From Chitinophagales bacterium (GTDB lineage Bacteria; Bacteroidota; Bacteroidia; Chitinophagales; JAHQVX01): a DNA stretch of 64,000 bases. The notes below the pieces were generated by a model. That model was not told the origin of the DNA. It saw nothing but the letters and a program-made list of their open reading frames with translations, and made no database searches. Shown here one piece after another: positions 18,289-27,494 of the stretch (position 1 is the first letter of the stretch; each line of letters opens with the position of its first letter). The stretch lies in NCBI GenBank assembly GCA_965215685.1, contig OZ244113.1, positions 2,606,256 through 2,670,255 of the forward strand, written 5' to 3'. A program made the position numbers and the translations under genes.

Positions 18289-19824
18289 TCATTTTTTGGG
18301 CACCCGACAATTTTTTGGATGATTTGATATAGTTCTCCCCTTAATGTTCAGTTGTCTAATAAACTCAACCGTTTCCATCATATCATAGTGTAATGTTCTG
18401 TCCTCTTCTACTTTAGGAACGGCGGCTCTATATTGCTTGCGAAGTTGTTCAATGGTTGGAGAACTTTTCTTTTTCCGGAAGTCCAATCCCTGCATAGCGG
18501 TCATGAGTTCTATGGCAAGAACCCGCTCTACATTTTCAAGTACGCGCAGACATTTAGTAGCAGCGTTAGCACCCATGCTCACATGGTCTTCCTGTCCGTT
18601 GCAACTCACAATATTATCAATGCTGCTTGGTGTACAGTACTGTTTGTTCTGACTAACTATGGAGCCTGCCACATACTGCGGGATCATAAAACCACTATTC
18701 AAGCCCGGATTCGCAACCAAAAATGCCGGCAGTCCGCGCTGACCCTCCAACAACTTGTATATACGTTTTTCACTAATGCTTGCAATTTCAGCCATGCTCA
18801 TGGCCAAATAGTCCAAGGGCAATGCCAGGGGCTGTCCGTGAAAGTTGCCGCCGGAGATAATATCACCTTCGTCGGGGAAGATGTTAGGGTTATCGGTTAC
18901 GGCATTTATCTCTGTTAATATCACATCAGCTACATAATTAACGCAATCTGTGGAGGCACCGTGTACTTGAGGAATACAGCGGAAAGAGTAGGGATCCTGA
19001 ATGTGAGCCTTCTCCTGAGCCATTATTTCGCTGTCGGCAAGTATATCACGAATTTGGGCAGAGCACTGCTTTTGGCCACTGTGTCTGCGAATTTCATGCA
19101 ATCGCGGGTCAAACGGATCTAACCGGCCATCAAAGGCATCAATAGAACAAGCGGCTATAAGGTTAGCCGTGTTCAGTAACTTCTTAGCCAGGAGTACACA
19201 GTAGGCACCGTATGCACTCATAAACTGCGTGCCGTTTAAAAGTGCCAAACCTTCCTTACTTCTAAGTTTTAAGGGCATTATTCCGGCTATATCTAAAATG
19301 GTTTCGGCCTTAAACTTTTGGCCGTTGCTCCATACATCGCCTTTACCAATAATGGGTAAGGATAAGTGTGCCAAAGGTGCCAGATCGCCCGATGCACCCA
19401 GCGAGCCCAATTCATAAACCACCGGATATATCTCTTTGTTATGAAACTCCAGTAATCGCTCAACGGTTTCTATGGCTACACCTGAATACCCTTTTGATAA
19501 ACCCAATGCCTTAAAAATGAGCATTAATCTGATAATGTCGGTGGGTACTTCGGCACCCATACCGCAGGCATGGCTCATTACAAGGTTTTCCTGCAGTTTA
19601 GACAACTCGGCATTGGGAATTTTAACATTGTACAATGCCCCAAAGCCTGTGTTGATGCCATAATATGCCTGCTCCGATGCATCTAATTGCTCATCGAGGA
19701 AAACCCGGCATTTCTGAATTTTTTTGGCTGCGCTTGCACTTAATTCCAGATGGGGCTTTTCATAATTAAGTGTTTTTATATCCTGCCAGGTCAGGTCTTT
19801 ATCACCAAGTTTGAACGATTTCAT
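18289..19824 (-). CDS. hutH: Histidine/aromatic amino-acid ammonia-lyase (MIO-dependent)
   Basis: GASGDLAPLAHL motif with the Ala-Ser-Gly triad that forms MIO. 511 aa. Confidence 0.8.
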   Translation of the reverse strand: MKSFKLGDKDLTWQDIKTLNYEKPHLELSASAAKKIQKCRVFLDEQLDASEQAYYGINTGFGALYNVKIPNAELSKLQENLVMSHACGMGAEVPTDIIRLMLIFKALGLSKGYSGVAIETVERLLEFHNKEIYPVVYELGSLGASGDLAPLAHLSLPIIGKGDVWSNGQKFKAETILDIAGIMPLKLRSKEGLALLNGTQFMSAYGAYCVLLAKKLLNTANLIAACSIDAFDGRLDPFDPRLHEIRRHSGQKQCSAQIRDILADSEIMAQEKAHIQDPYSFRCIPQVHGASTDCVNYVADVILTEINAVTDNPNIFPDEGDIISGGNFHGQPLALPLDYLAMSMAEIASISEKRIYKLLEGQRGLPAFLVANPGLNSGFMIPQYVAGSIVSQNKQYCTPSSIDNIVSCNGQEDHVSMGANAATKCLRVLENVERVLAIELMTAMQGLDFRKKKSSPTIEQLRKQYRAAVPKVEEDRTLHYDMMETVEFIRQLNIKGRTISNHPKNCRVPKK

Positions 19825-20267
19825 ACTTCAAGTTCTTCTTTTTTATTCTCTAACGATTGGGCTAGCAATAGGCCGACTACCATTATCACCAACAGTGCAA
19901 TAAATGTAAATAAACTCAGGTAGTTAAAAAGGGTAGCCATGGCCAGTGTAATGGCGAGCACGGCTGCACGGTCTTTTTCTTTGCGAATAAAGGCAAGCAC
20001 GCCCAATGCAAAGGCTGCGAGCGATGTGCTTACTATAAATATTTTAATCATTTTGTCAGGCCCGAATTTGCGTTCCGGCTTTGACTCTTCTATCTCTTTT
20101 CCAATGATCTTTTCATCAAACCATTGCTTTACCGATTTACTTTTTTCAACCACCACTTCCTGTATATTCGGCTTTTTCTCAACGGGACCGAATACTTTGT
20201 ACAAAATGAAGGTACATAAGGCAAGCAAACCTAAATAAGTAGCTAAAGAACCAAGTTTTAATTTCAC
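19821..20267 (-). CDS. Small membrane protein (2-3 TM), translationally coupled to the ammonia-lyase
   Basis: Overlaps the downstream gene by 4 nt. Hydrophobic segments. No recognisable motif. Confidence 0.45.
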   Translation of the reverse strand: MKLKLGSLATYLGLLALCTFILYKVFGPVEKKPNIQEVVVEKSKSVKQWFDEKIIGKEIEESKPERKFGPDKMIKIFIVSTSLAAFALGVLAFIRKEKDRAAVLAITLAMATLFNYLSLFTFIALLVIMVVGLLLAQSLENKKEELEV

Positions 20268-20354
20268 CTTGTGAAGTTATAGTTTGTCATTTAATTGAAC
20301 CATAATTAGTTTTTAAACTCAAGACCCGTTATATTAGTATTAATCTAAAACACT

Positions 20355-20765
20355 ATGGATTTGAAAAAATTTTTACTATCCAGCATTATGGGCTGTGCCG
20401 CGCTGTTCTTACTCGGCTATCTATTTTATGCCGTGTTATTGGTCAATTTTTTTGAGAACAATGCCGGAACGGTTATTGGGGCCAGACGTACAGAACCCCA
20501 TGTAGCTGCTCTGATTGTGGGCAATTTGGCTTATGCAGCCTTTTTGGCATTTGTCTTTTTAAAATGGGCAGGTATAAGTGGGTTACGCAACGGATTGAGA
20601 GGAGGGTTAGTAATCGGCTTATTTTCTGCGCTCACTTTTGGTTTTATCTCTTATGCCACGTCCAATGCGCTTAATATGAACGGTACGTTGGTTGATGCCT
20701 TAGTTTGGACAGTAATGTCAACCATTGCCGGTGGAGTAGTTGGGGCTATTATTAAGAGAGTATAG
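20355..20765 (+). CDS. Hypothetical membrane protein (4 TM, Gly-rich helices)
   Basis: 136 aa hydrophobic ORF. No recognisable motif. Confidence 0.4.
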   Translation: MDLKKFLLSSIMGCAALFLLGYLFYAVLLVNFFENNAGTVIGARRTEPHVAALIVGNLAYAAFLAFVFLKWAGISGLRNGLRGGLVIGLFSALTFGFISYATSNALNMNGTLVDALVWTVMSTIAGGVVGAIIKRV

Positions 20766-20800
20766 CTACGAACTACGAAATACCAACTATGGGCTACAAA

Positions 20801-22324
20801 TTATAACCGCTTTAAAGCATTGATCAAAATGGCGGGTTCCAACTCTTGTTGCTGACCACCTTCCATCCACTTAACACTGAATTTTCCGCTTTCCAGCTCA
20901 CGGCTACCTATGGTTACTACGGCCGGAATGCCTTTATCGTTGGCGTATTTGAATTGCTTTTTCAGTTTAAAAGGCTCTAAATACATTTCCGCATTAATGT
21001 TATTAAATCGCAGCTTTTCGACAAAATCAATAACGGCACTTTCATATGCCTTTTCCATGTTTACTACAAGCACTTTGGTAGGGCTTTTTCGCTGAACCTT
21101 CGGAGGCCAAAGGCTTTGACTTTCCATTACATCGTACAAACGGTCTAAACCAAAAGATATACCTACACCTGAAACATCATTTAATCCGAATACAGAGGTG
21201 AGATCATCATACCTCCCGCCGCCGGAAACACTGCCAAAGCCACTATCAGGGATTACCGCTTCGAATATGGTACCTGTATAATAGCTTAGTCCGCGTGCCA
21301 GAGTTATGTCGAAAACTATTGGTTCTTTGCTTATGCTTACTGTACTCACTTTGTTCAAGAGTGATTCCATTTCGCTAATGCCTTCTTCAGCTATAGATGA
21401 TCCGGAAAGCATTTCTTTTAACTGATTTATTTTGTCTTCGTTACATGCGGAAATCTCCAGGACATGCCTAATACTTTCTTGCTGATCTTTATTGAAACTA
21501 CGGTTTTCCAACTCCTTCAACACACCATCAATTCCAATTTTATCTAACTTGTCTATGGCAATGGTCAGGTCCATAAATTTATCAGATGCATTCATGCTCT
21601 CCGCCAAACCCGCCAATATTTTTCTGTTATTTAACCTAAGCCGGTAGTTTTTCAAACCTAACCTGCGGAACACATGATCGTAGATCTGAATAAATTCAAA
21701 TTCGGCCAGCAAGCTGTTGGTGCCAATTACATCGGCATCGCACTGATAAAACTCGCGGTAGCGGCCTTTTTGCGGCCTGTCTGCCCGCCAAACCGGCTGC
21801 ATTTGGTAACGCTTAAATGGAAATGTAATATCATTGCGGTGTTGGGCCACGTAGCGCGCGAAGGGGACGGTAAGGTCGTAGCGGAGAGCCTTGAATGCGA
21901 TATTTTTTTTAAAGACTTTAATATCAAAAAAATTGGAGAGAGATTTTGACTGGGAAGAAGAATATCTATTATTCCATCTGTAAACTGTCCAATCTGCCTC
22001 CTCAATAACTTCAAAATATCCCCCACCAGATACTTTATCAATTTCATGCATTTCCTTGAGAAACTGCTTGATTACTTTATCATCAAGAATTTGGTTGCTG
22101 AGAAAATCTCCGCTATCCAATACGCTAAATAGTAGCTGTTCCCCCTCATCACCATATTTTCCGGTAAGCACATCTAACTTTTCCATAGTAGGCGTTTCAA
22201 TAGGTTCAAATCCAAATAACTCATATACTGCTTTGACGGTATTCAGAATAAAATACCTTTTGTTGAGCTGTTCGGCATTGAAATCGCGCGTGCCTTTTGG
22301 TATGGAAGGATGAATTTTAGACAT
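20801..22324 (-). CDS. hisS: Histidyl-tRNA synthetase
   Basis: N-terminal PKGTRDF motif. Class II aaRS motifs. Anticodon-binding C-terminal domain. Confidence 0.9.
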   Translation of the reverse strand: MSKIHPSIPKGTRDFNAEQLNKRYFILNTVKAVYELFGFEPIETPTMEKLDVLTGKYGDEGEQLLFSVLDSGDFLSNQILDDKVIKQFLKEMHEIDKVSGGGYFEVIEEADWTVYRWNNRYSSSQSKSLSNFFDIKVFKKNIAFKALRYDLTVPFARYVAQHRNDITFPFKRYQMQPVWRADRPQKGRYREFYQCDADVIGTNSLLAEFEFIQIYDHVFRRLGLKNYRLRLNNRKILAGLAESMNASDKFMDLTIAIDKLDKIGIDGVLKELENRSFNKDQQESIRHVLEISACNEDKINQLKEMLSGSSIAEEGISEMESLLNKVSTVSISKEPIVFDITLARGLSYYTGTIFEAVIPDSGFGSVSGGGRYDDLTSVFGLNDVSGVGISFGLDRLYDVMESQSLWPPKVQRKSPTKVLVVNMEKAYESAVIDFVEKLRFNNINAEMYLEPFKLKKQFKYANDKGIPAVVTIGSRELESGKFSVKWMEGGQQQELEPAILINALKRL

Positions 22325-22686
22325 AAAGTGCGAAGATAGTAAGGATTACGTGGTAGAAGTACTATCTTTATACATGAAATTAATTTTCAATATTAATGAA
22401 AATTGAAACACTTGTAGTTATCGCGGGAATCGTGCAAATACTCATTTCATTGGGGTGCATCGTCCTGATTTTGGTTGACACTTTTTTACATTATCCACAG
22501 CGGGATAAGATAGCTGTGTTTTGTAAAGCTAAAATTATATTTTTTCTTTGTGTCATTCAGGCTAAACGGATTCGGGCTCTGACGTGGGGATGTCAACTCG
22601 ATAGGGATAACCTGATGCGATGGAGTTTTATACTTCTCAAAGGTCATCTAAAAGATGACCTTTAAAGAATAATAACTTCAGCGCTT

Positions 22687-23649
22687 TTATGCCTTAATAA
22701 ATTCCCCTTCCACTTTCTTTCGATAATTTTTCCAATGCTTTTTAAGAACTCCTGTCATATTATATGCCTGGTTTGGTGTATGCCAATCAATACTTCTGTG
22801 TGGTCTGTTTTCATTATAAAACCGGATGATTTTTTTGATTTGTTGTTTTCCTTGCTTTAAGCTGTTGAAGCTAAGTTGTTTATCGTCTGTAAACTCCTCT
22901 TTTATGGTTTTATTTACTCTTTCTGCTATAGGGTTTTCCAAAGGGTCGCTTTGTTCTGTCATACTAAGCAGAAAATGATTTTTCTTTAATATCCGCACAT
23001 ATTCATTGCAACAATATTGCACCCCTCTGTCTGAGTGATGAATACATCCTTTTTGCCTGTCTTTGGTATTTGACAAAGACATATTCAGACAAGATAATGC
23101 ACCAGCAGCTGCTAAGCTTTTGCTTAAGCAAAAGCCGATAATTTTTCTTGAATATACTTCAGTGGTTAAAAACAGATAAGAAAAACTGTCTTCTTGGTTC
23201 AACCAAATATAGGTGATGTCTGATACCCAAATTTCATTTGCCCTCTCAGGTTGTATCGTTTTGACCAAATTAGGGTATTTATGATAACGATGATAGCTAT
23301 CTGTTGTTGACACCTTGCGTTTTCTTAGTTTTTTCAATAACCCATGTCGCCGCAGTATATCATAAAATTTATCTCTTCCTATTTTTATCTGATGTTTTTT
23401 AAAATCTGATTGCAAGGCCTTTAGTAAGTTTCTGCCACTTCCTCGCTTCCATATCTGGCGCTTTTGTTCTATTAGCCCAACTATTAAATATTCATCAAAT
23501 GATTGCTTTTCCAACCTACACAAAGACTTGTAGTAAGCCTGCCTGCTGTAACCAAATAATGAACATAGTGCTTTTATTTTCGAATCAGGCCTTTGCCTTT
23601 TAAATGCTTCAATAGTTGGGCTCCATACTTTTTTTAATGTCCAATTCAA
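22687..23649 (-). CDS. IS3-family transposase OrfB (integrase/DDE core)
   Basis: 320 aa rve-type core (HSDRGVQY, D..D..E spacing). Begins with TTG in the overlap with orfA. Confidence 0.8.
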   Translation of the reverse strand: MNWTLKKVWSPTIEAFKRQRPDSKIKALCSLFGYSRQAYYKSLCRLEKQSFDEYLIVGLIEQKRQIWKRGSGRNLLKALQSDFKKHQIKIGRDKFYDILRRHGLLKKLRKRKVSTTDSYHRYHKYPNLVKTIQPERANEIWVSDITYIWLNQEDSFSYLFLTTEVYSRKIIGFCLSKSLAAAGALSCLNMSLSNTKDRQKGCIHHSDRGVQYCCNEYVRILKKNHFLLSMTEQSDPLENPIAERVNKTIKEEFTDDKQLSFNSLKQGKQQIKKIIRFYNENRPHRSIDWHTPNQAYNMTGVLKKHWKNYRKKVEGEFIKA

Positions 23650-23980
23650 GCTGAGCTTCGGCTACTTCTATCATTTTCTCCCATAGATCAGCTCGTAGAT
23701 TAGCTTGATATACCTCTTGTTCTAATTGACGAATACGAGCTTGCATTTGTTCATACTCCTTTGAACGCTTCATACTAGTTAAGTCTTTGATCTTAGAACG
23801 TGGGTTTCGATAATCGTCATTACCACTAAACTTACGCATCCAGTACAAAATTGCGCAATTACTCCTAATTCCATAAACAAGCCTCGCTTCTTCTTTGCTG
23901 TACTTGCCTGATAATACTTCTTGAACCACCTTCCATTTAAATTCCTCTGTATAGTGTTTCGACTCTTTTTCTTTCAGCAT
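23609..23980 (-). CDS. IS3-family transposase OrfA (HTH/leucine zipper)
   Basis: 123 aa. HTH. Heptad Leu repeats (LEQEVYQANLRADLWEKMIEV). Confidence 0.8.
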   Translation of the reverse strand: MLKEKESKHYTEEFKWKVVQEVLSGKYSKEEARLVYGIRSNCAILYWMRKFSGNDDYRNPRSKIKDLTSMKRSKEYEQMQARIRQLEQEVYQANLRADLWEKMIEVAEAQLELDIKKSMEPNY

Positions 23981-24548
23981 TTAATCCTGATTTAAGTTGA
24001 CTTATCCACAATTATTCTGTCAACCTATTTCAGGACTATACACTATTTCAGGACTATACAATGAAGTGATTTGTTCATGCTGATCCCGCAGGTGCGGGAG
24101 AAGGATCTTATACTACGCTGTTTTAATTTTCGGTTTCAAGTTGATTCGCCTTCTCTCTAACCGGCGGTGAAAACACCGCCCGGGGCAGCATTTTTATTTT
24201 TGACATGAGTGTGTCGCTCCTCCGGAGCTTTTTACATATAATTGTTTAGCCGTTACAGAGGTTGCGCCCCTCCGGGGCTGGGGATTAGTTTATAGTGTGA
24301 AAAGTTAGCAATAGCTACGGCTATTCCAAAATTTTCTTCATCGTCTAGCCAAAAAAACTTCTGCCCGCCCGGATGAACCCCGTAAGTACTGGGTTCGGAC
24401 GGGCCCACCCGAACTTACCATTCGCTACGGGCGGGCTTTTATTCAGGAATCTATCAAGTAGAACTGGTATAAACCGGCCTTATCCATAAATCGGTATTGG
24501 ATATTCTAAAAGCTTTCTCTAACGTAATCAACTGGGACGAGATGAAAT

Positions 24549-27494
24549 CTACTTGTTCGGAAAATTAGAAATGATTCGTCTTAAACTTGGTGATGAATTC
24601 CAACTCTCAAATTTGTTCTTAACTAAATCTGAAATGGTAAAACCATATTTGGTCACTAACTCCTTATGTATCTCTAACATTTTTTTTGTATTGGTAAGGG
24701 GCTTGTCGGGCATATTGACAATCATACTATTCAATAAAACCAAAAGTTCAGCATCGGTATTAGGATTAGTACGGAACAACCTTTCAGAGAGTATGTCGGT
24801 GAACCTTTTTAGAGGAAAATAATTCTTGCTCAGCATATAACCTATGTTTTCTCCCAGCAACCTATTATCAACCAATTTTAATTCGGTAAATCTTAGCCAA
24901 ACAGCTGCTGATAAGTCCCTTGCGGTTCTGTCGGAATACAGTAGTGCGTTTGCTAAATATAAATGAGAGCCATTCTTTAATGGAGCTTGTAACTCTAATA
25001 AAGTTTCGTTTACACTCGCAACCAATTTAGCTTCATTTTTACCTCCGCTATCCTTAAGGTTAAATATCTTTTCCGATAATCGGGTCAGGAATGGTTCAAA
25101 GTAATTAGGGAAAAGAAGCAACAATCTGGCAATATCATTATGTTCACTAGTTTGCCATTGATAATTGAACTGGATATTATCATAATTGCTGACTACCTTC
25201 GGTAGAGACTTTTTAAATACCTTCAAAATTTTTCTTACCAGGGACTCTTTATTCTCCTTAATATTTGTACTGGTTACCAACTCTTCGCGTACTCCTTTTT
25301 TCTTGATTCTCTTATATGTTCGCCCGGAATAATCAAAATCTATGTAGGTGTATTCTACTTCTTTTAGTTCAAAATCAACCTTGCCGGCATAGTATTTAAG
25401 GTTATTAAAATTTGAATATTCCTTAAGGGGAAACGCCTCTTCATTCCTGTTAAAAGTTATCCATGAATGGAGTATAGGGGCTTCATAGGTTGTGTTGCTC
25501 GGTTCTCCTCTCTTAGTATTAAAACCAACCATTAAAGCCTGCTTTACAGGTCCATTTTTGAGAGATGCTTCAACTTTTTCTATGGCAGATTCTTTTACAT
25601 CGACTATTAATCTGGATAACGCTATTTGAAAATCAACACTAAACGGCAGTTTGCCATATTCCTCATATTGTTTCAGCCGACCAAGGAAGGTATCAAGGTC
25701 TATTAAACAAGGGTAGTGAGTAGGAGTTGAAAGAAATTGTAATTTAATATTTCTACGCACCAATGTAAGGAAGTTGAACATGTGCTGCTTAGGTATATTA
25801 TAAATCATTGAAGAATAAGCCCACCTTTCGAGACCGTGAATTTGCGTGTCAAAAAATTTATTCTCCTTTGCCTTTCTCCTTTCCTCGTTAACTTCTTTCC
25901 GGTAATATGATTTAAGATTTTTACCGGAATCAGGATACTTCTCAATGAGATGATTTACCAGACTAACAATGGTAGCTGCCATCATTACATCTAAGTATCC
26001 ATCTGTACTCCGCATGTCTTTTTGCAAAAGGTTTATGGCTCTTTGCAAAACAGGCTGTAATTGATCAAGTACCTGATCTGAGTTAAGTTGATCTTGAAAT
26101 TTCAGATAGTAATGTGGCAATAAGTAAAAGTCAATACTGCGGTTATTATCTAAAATTTGACTTAGAAAGAAGATAAAATCATCTATCGTTTTCACCCCAT
26201 CTTCTATTGGAACAGGTTCTGAAAAATCTGGCCTGAAACTTTCACTTTCTAACCCGGTTTGATCAGGTGTCGATTCAGGTATATTATCGTCCAATTCCGT
26301 AATTTCTTTAAGAAATGGATTTAACATCTGCTTGGGCTCGCTAAAAAGATAAGAACTATATAACGCAATCTGTTCTAACAATTCCTTATTCTTATTGTTT
26401 CCGTGTTTCACTATAAGTTTGGCGGTTCTAAGCTGTATATCTTCCTTTTCGTGCACTAAAGCTTGTGATGCTAATGTGGTTATTTGACCTTTGGATTTTG
26501 GTTTTTGAACGGCCACCTTGTCAAGCAAGATAAGAGTAGATTTTACTGTGGATATTACGTCAGATGCTAGTAAAACTGGCACTTGGTCCAAAAACAGTTT
26601 GTGATTGAATTTTGGTTCGGCAACAATTTTTTTTACATTTTGTAAGGCATAGTTTTTAGCCTTACTATGCTCAGATGTTAGAATAAGGTTAAATGCCTCC
26701 TGCTGGTTAATAATTTCCTCAATAGTTGGCTTTAAGAATTTATGTAAGTCGATAAACCAACCGGCATTGGCTCTGCTAAAGTTCCTGTTGGCAGTTAAAA
26801 GACTTTCTTTTAAAACTCTGTTCCTATCAATTTTTCCTGAATCTGTAAAGTCTTTTATTGTTTGTTTCCAAATGTTAACTGTTTTTGGTTTATTATTTCC
26901 AATCCAGGTTTCATCATGCCATTTCATTCCTGTATCGTCTGAAAACAACCACCAGAAATGTTTATTGAGTGTTTCGGGATACTTTAAGAGCATTTCCGGT
27001 TTAATGAGTGCGTAACTTTTCTTTACTTCATCATAATGCCTTTCTATGATCGACCTTGGCAAGGTTCTTACGATAAATTCTCTCTGTAAGGTTATGTATC
27101 CTTTTCTTTCATACTCCATAGCCTTTATATAATCTAAAAAGCCCCATCTTTGTGAAGTACCAGAAAACCACTTCGGACAATACGCCTCAAGTATTTCATC
27201 AAGCATACCTGATTTAAATATCCTATGGAATCCGAAATTCTGCATTTTCTTTGCCGGATGAATAAAAAAGCGAGCAATATCTCTTAGAACTTCCTGTTCA
27301 TCGGTACAAGATCGTTCTATGATATACCGGTTCCTGACCACCTTATGTTCAACTTTAAAATGCTCCTTGAACTCATCTTCAAAAATTTTAGAGAGCTCTC
27401 TTCTTTCCTGTTCGGTTATATTTTTGAAAAACGGGATTATATTGTCACGTTCCTCATTAAGGATTATAGATTTTAAATCGGAAATTTTGCTCAC
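24549..27494 (-). CDS. Large uncharacterized protein (981 aa), partner of the SWIM zinc-finger protein; possibly a DUF4132/MolR-like family member
   Basis: No catalytic motif recognisable by eye. Predicted soluble and largely alpha-helical. Start overlaps the stop of the upstream SWIM gene (ATGA), indicating translational coupling. Confidence 0.6.
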   Translation of the reverse strand: MSKISDLKSIILNEERDNIIPFFKNITEQERRELSKIFEDEFKEHFKVEHKVVRNRYIIERSCTDEQEVLRDIARFFIHPAKKMQNFGFHRIFKSGMLDEILEAYCPKWFSGTSQRWGFLDYIKAMEYERKGYITLQREFIVRTLPRSIIERHYDEVKKSYALIKPEMLLKYPETLNKHFWWLFSDDTGMKWHDETWIGNNKPKTVNIWKQTIKDFTDSGKIDRNRVLKESLLTANRNFSRANAGWFIDLHKFLKPTIEEIINQQEAFNLILTSEHSKAKNYALQNVKKIVAEPKFNHKLFLDQVPVLLASDVISTVKSTLILLDKVAVQKPKSKGQITTLASQALVHEKEDIQLRTAKLIVKHGNNKNKELLEQIALYSSYLFSEPKQMLNPFLKEITELDDNIPESTPDQTGLESESFRPDFSEPVPIEDGVKTIDDFIFFLSQILDNNRSIDFYLLPHYYLKFQDQLNSDQVLDQLQPVLQRAINLLQKDMRSTDGYLDVMMAATIVSLVNHLIEKYPDSGKNLKSYYRKEVNEERRKAKENKFFDTQIHGLERWAYSSMIYNIPKQHMFNFLTLVRRNIKLQFLSTPTHYPCLIDLDTFLGRLKQYEEYGKLPFSVDFQIALSRLIVDVKESAIEKVEASLKNGPVKQALMVGFNTKRGEPSNTTYEAPILHSWITFNRNEEAFPLKEYSNFNNLKYYAGKVDFELKEVEYTYIDFDYSGRTYKRIKKKGVREELVTSTNIKENKESLVRKILKVFKKSLPKVVSNYDNIQFNYQWQTSEHNDIARLLLLFPNYFEPFLTRLSEKIFNLKDSGGKNEAKLVASVNETLLELQAPLKNGSHLYLANALLYSDRTARDLSAAVWLRFTELKLVDNRLLGENIGYMLSKNYFPLKRFTDILSERLFRTNPNTDAELLVLLNSMIVNMPDKPLTNTKKMLEIHKELVTKYGFTISDLVKNKFESWNSSPSLRRIISNFPNK

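Larger units (their letters stand above)
22668..24077 (-). mobile_element. IS3-family insertion sequence (boundaries approximate)
   Basis: orfA (HTH plus leucine zipper) and orfB (DDE/rve core) overlap. Candidate terminal repeats TGAACAAATCACTTCA at about 24077 and TGAAGTTATTATTC at about 22679. A 16-bp tandem duplication sits in the 5' leader at 24027..24060. Confidence 0.6.

Noticed and set aside
22396-22665. The 89-aa ORF between hisS and the IS3 element as a gene
   Set aside because: It has no motifs. Its 3' end coincides with a perfect 9-bp palindrome (AAGGTCATC-TAAAA-GATGACCTT, 22640..22662) that lies just outside the IS3 end. Coding potential is weak, so it is not annotated as a CDS.
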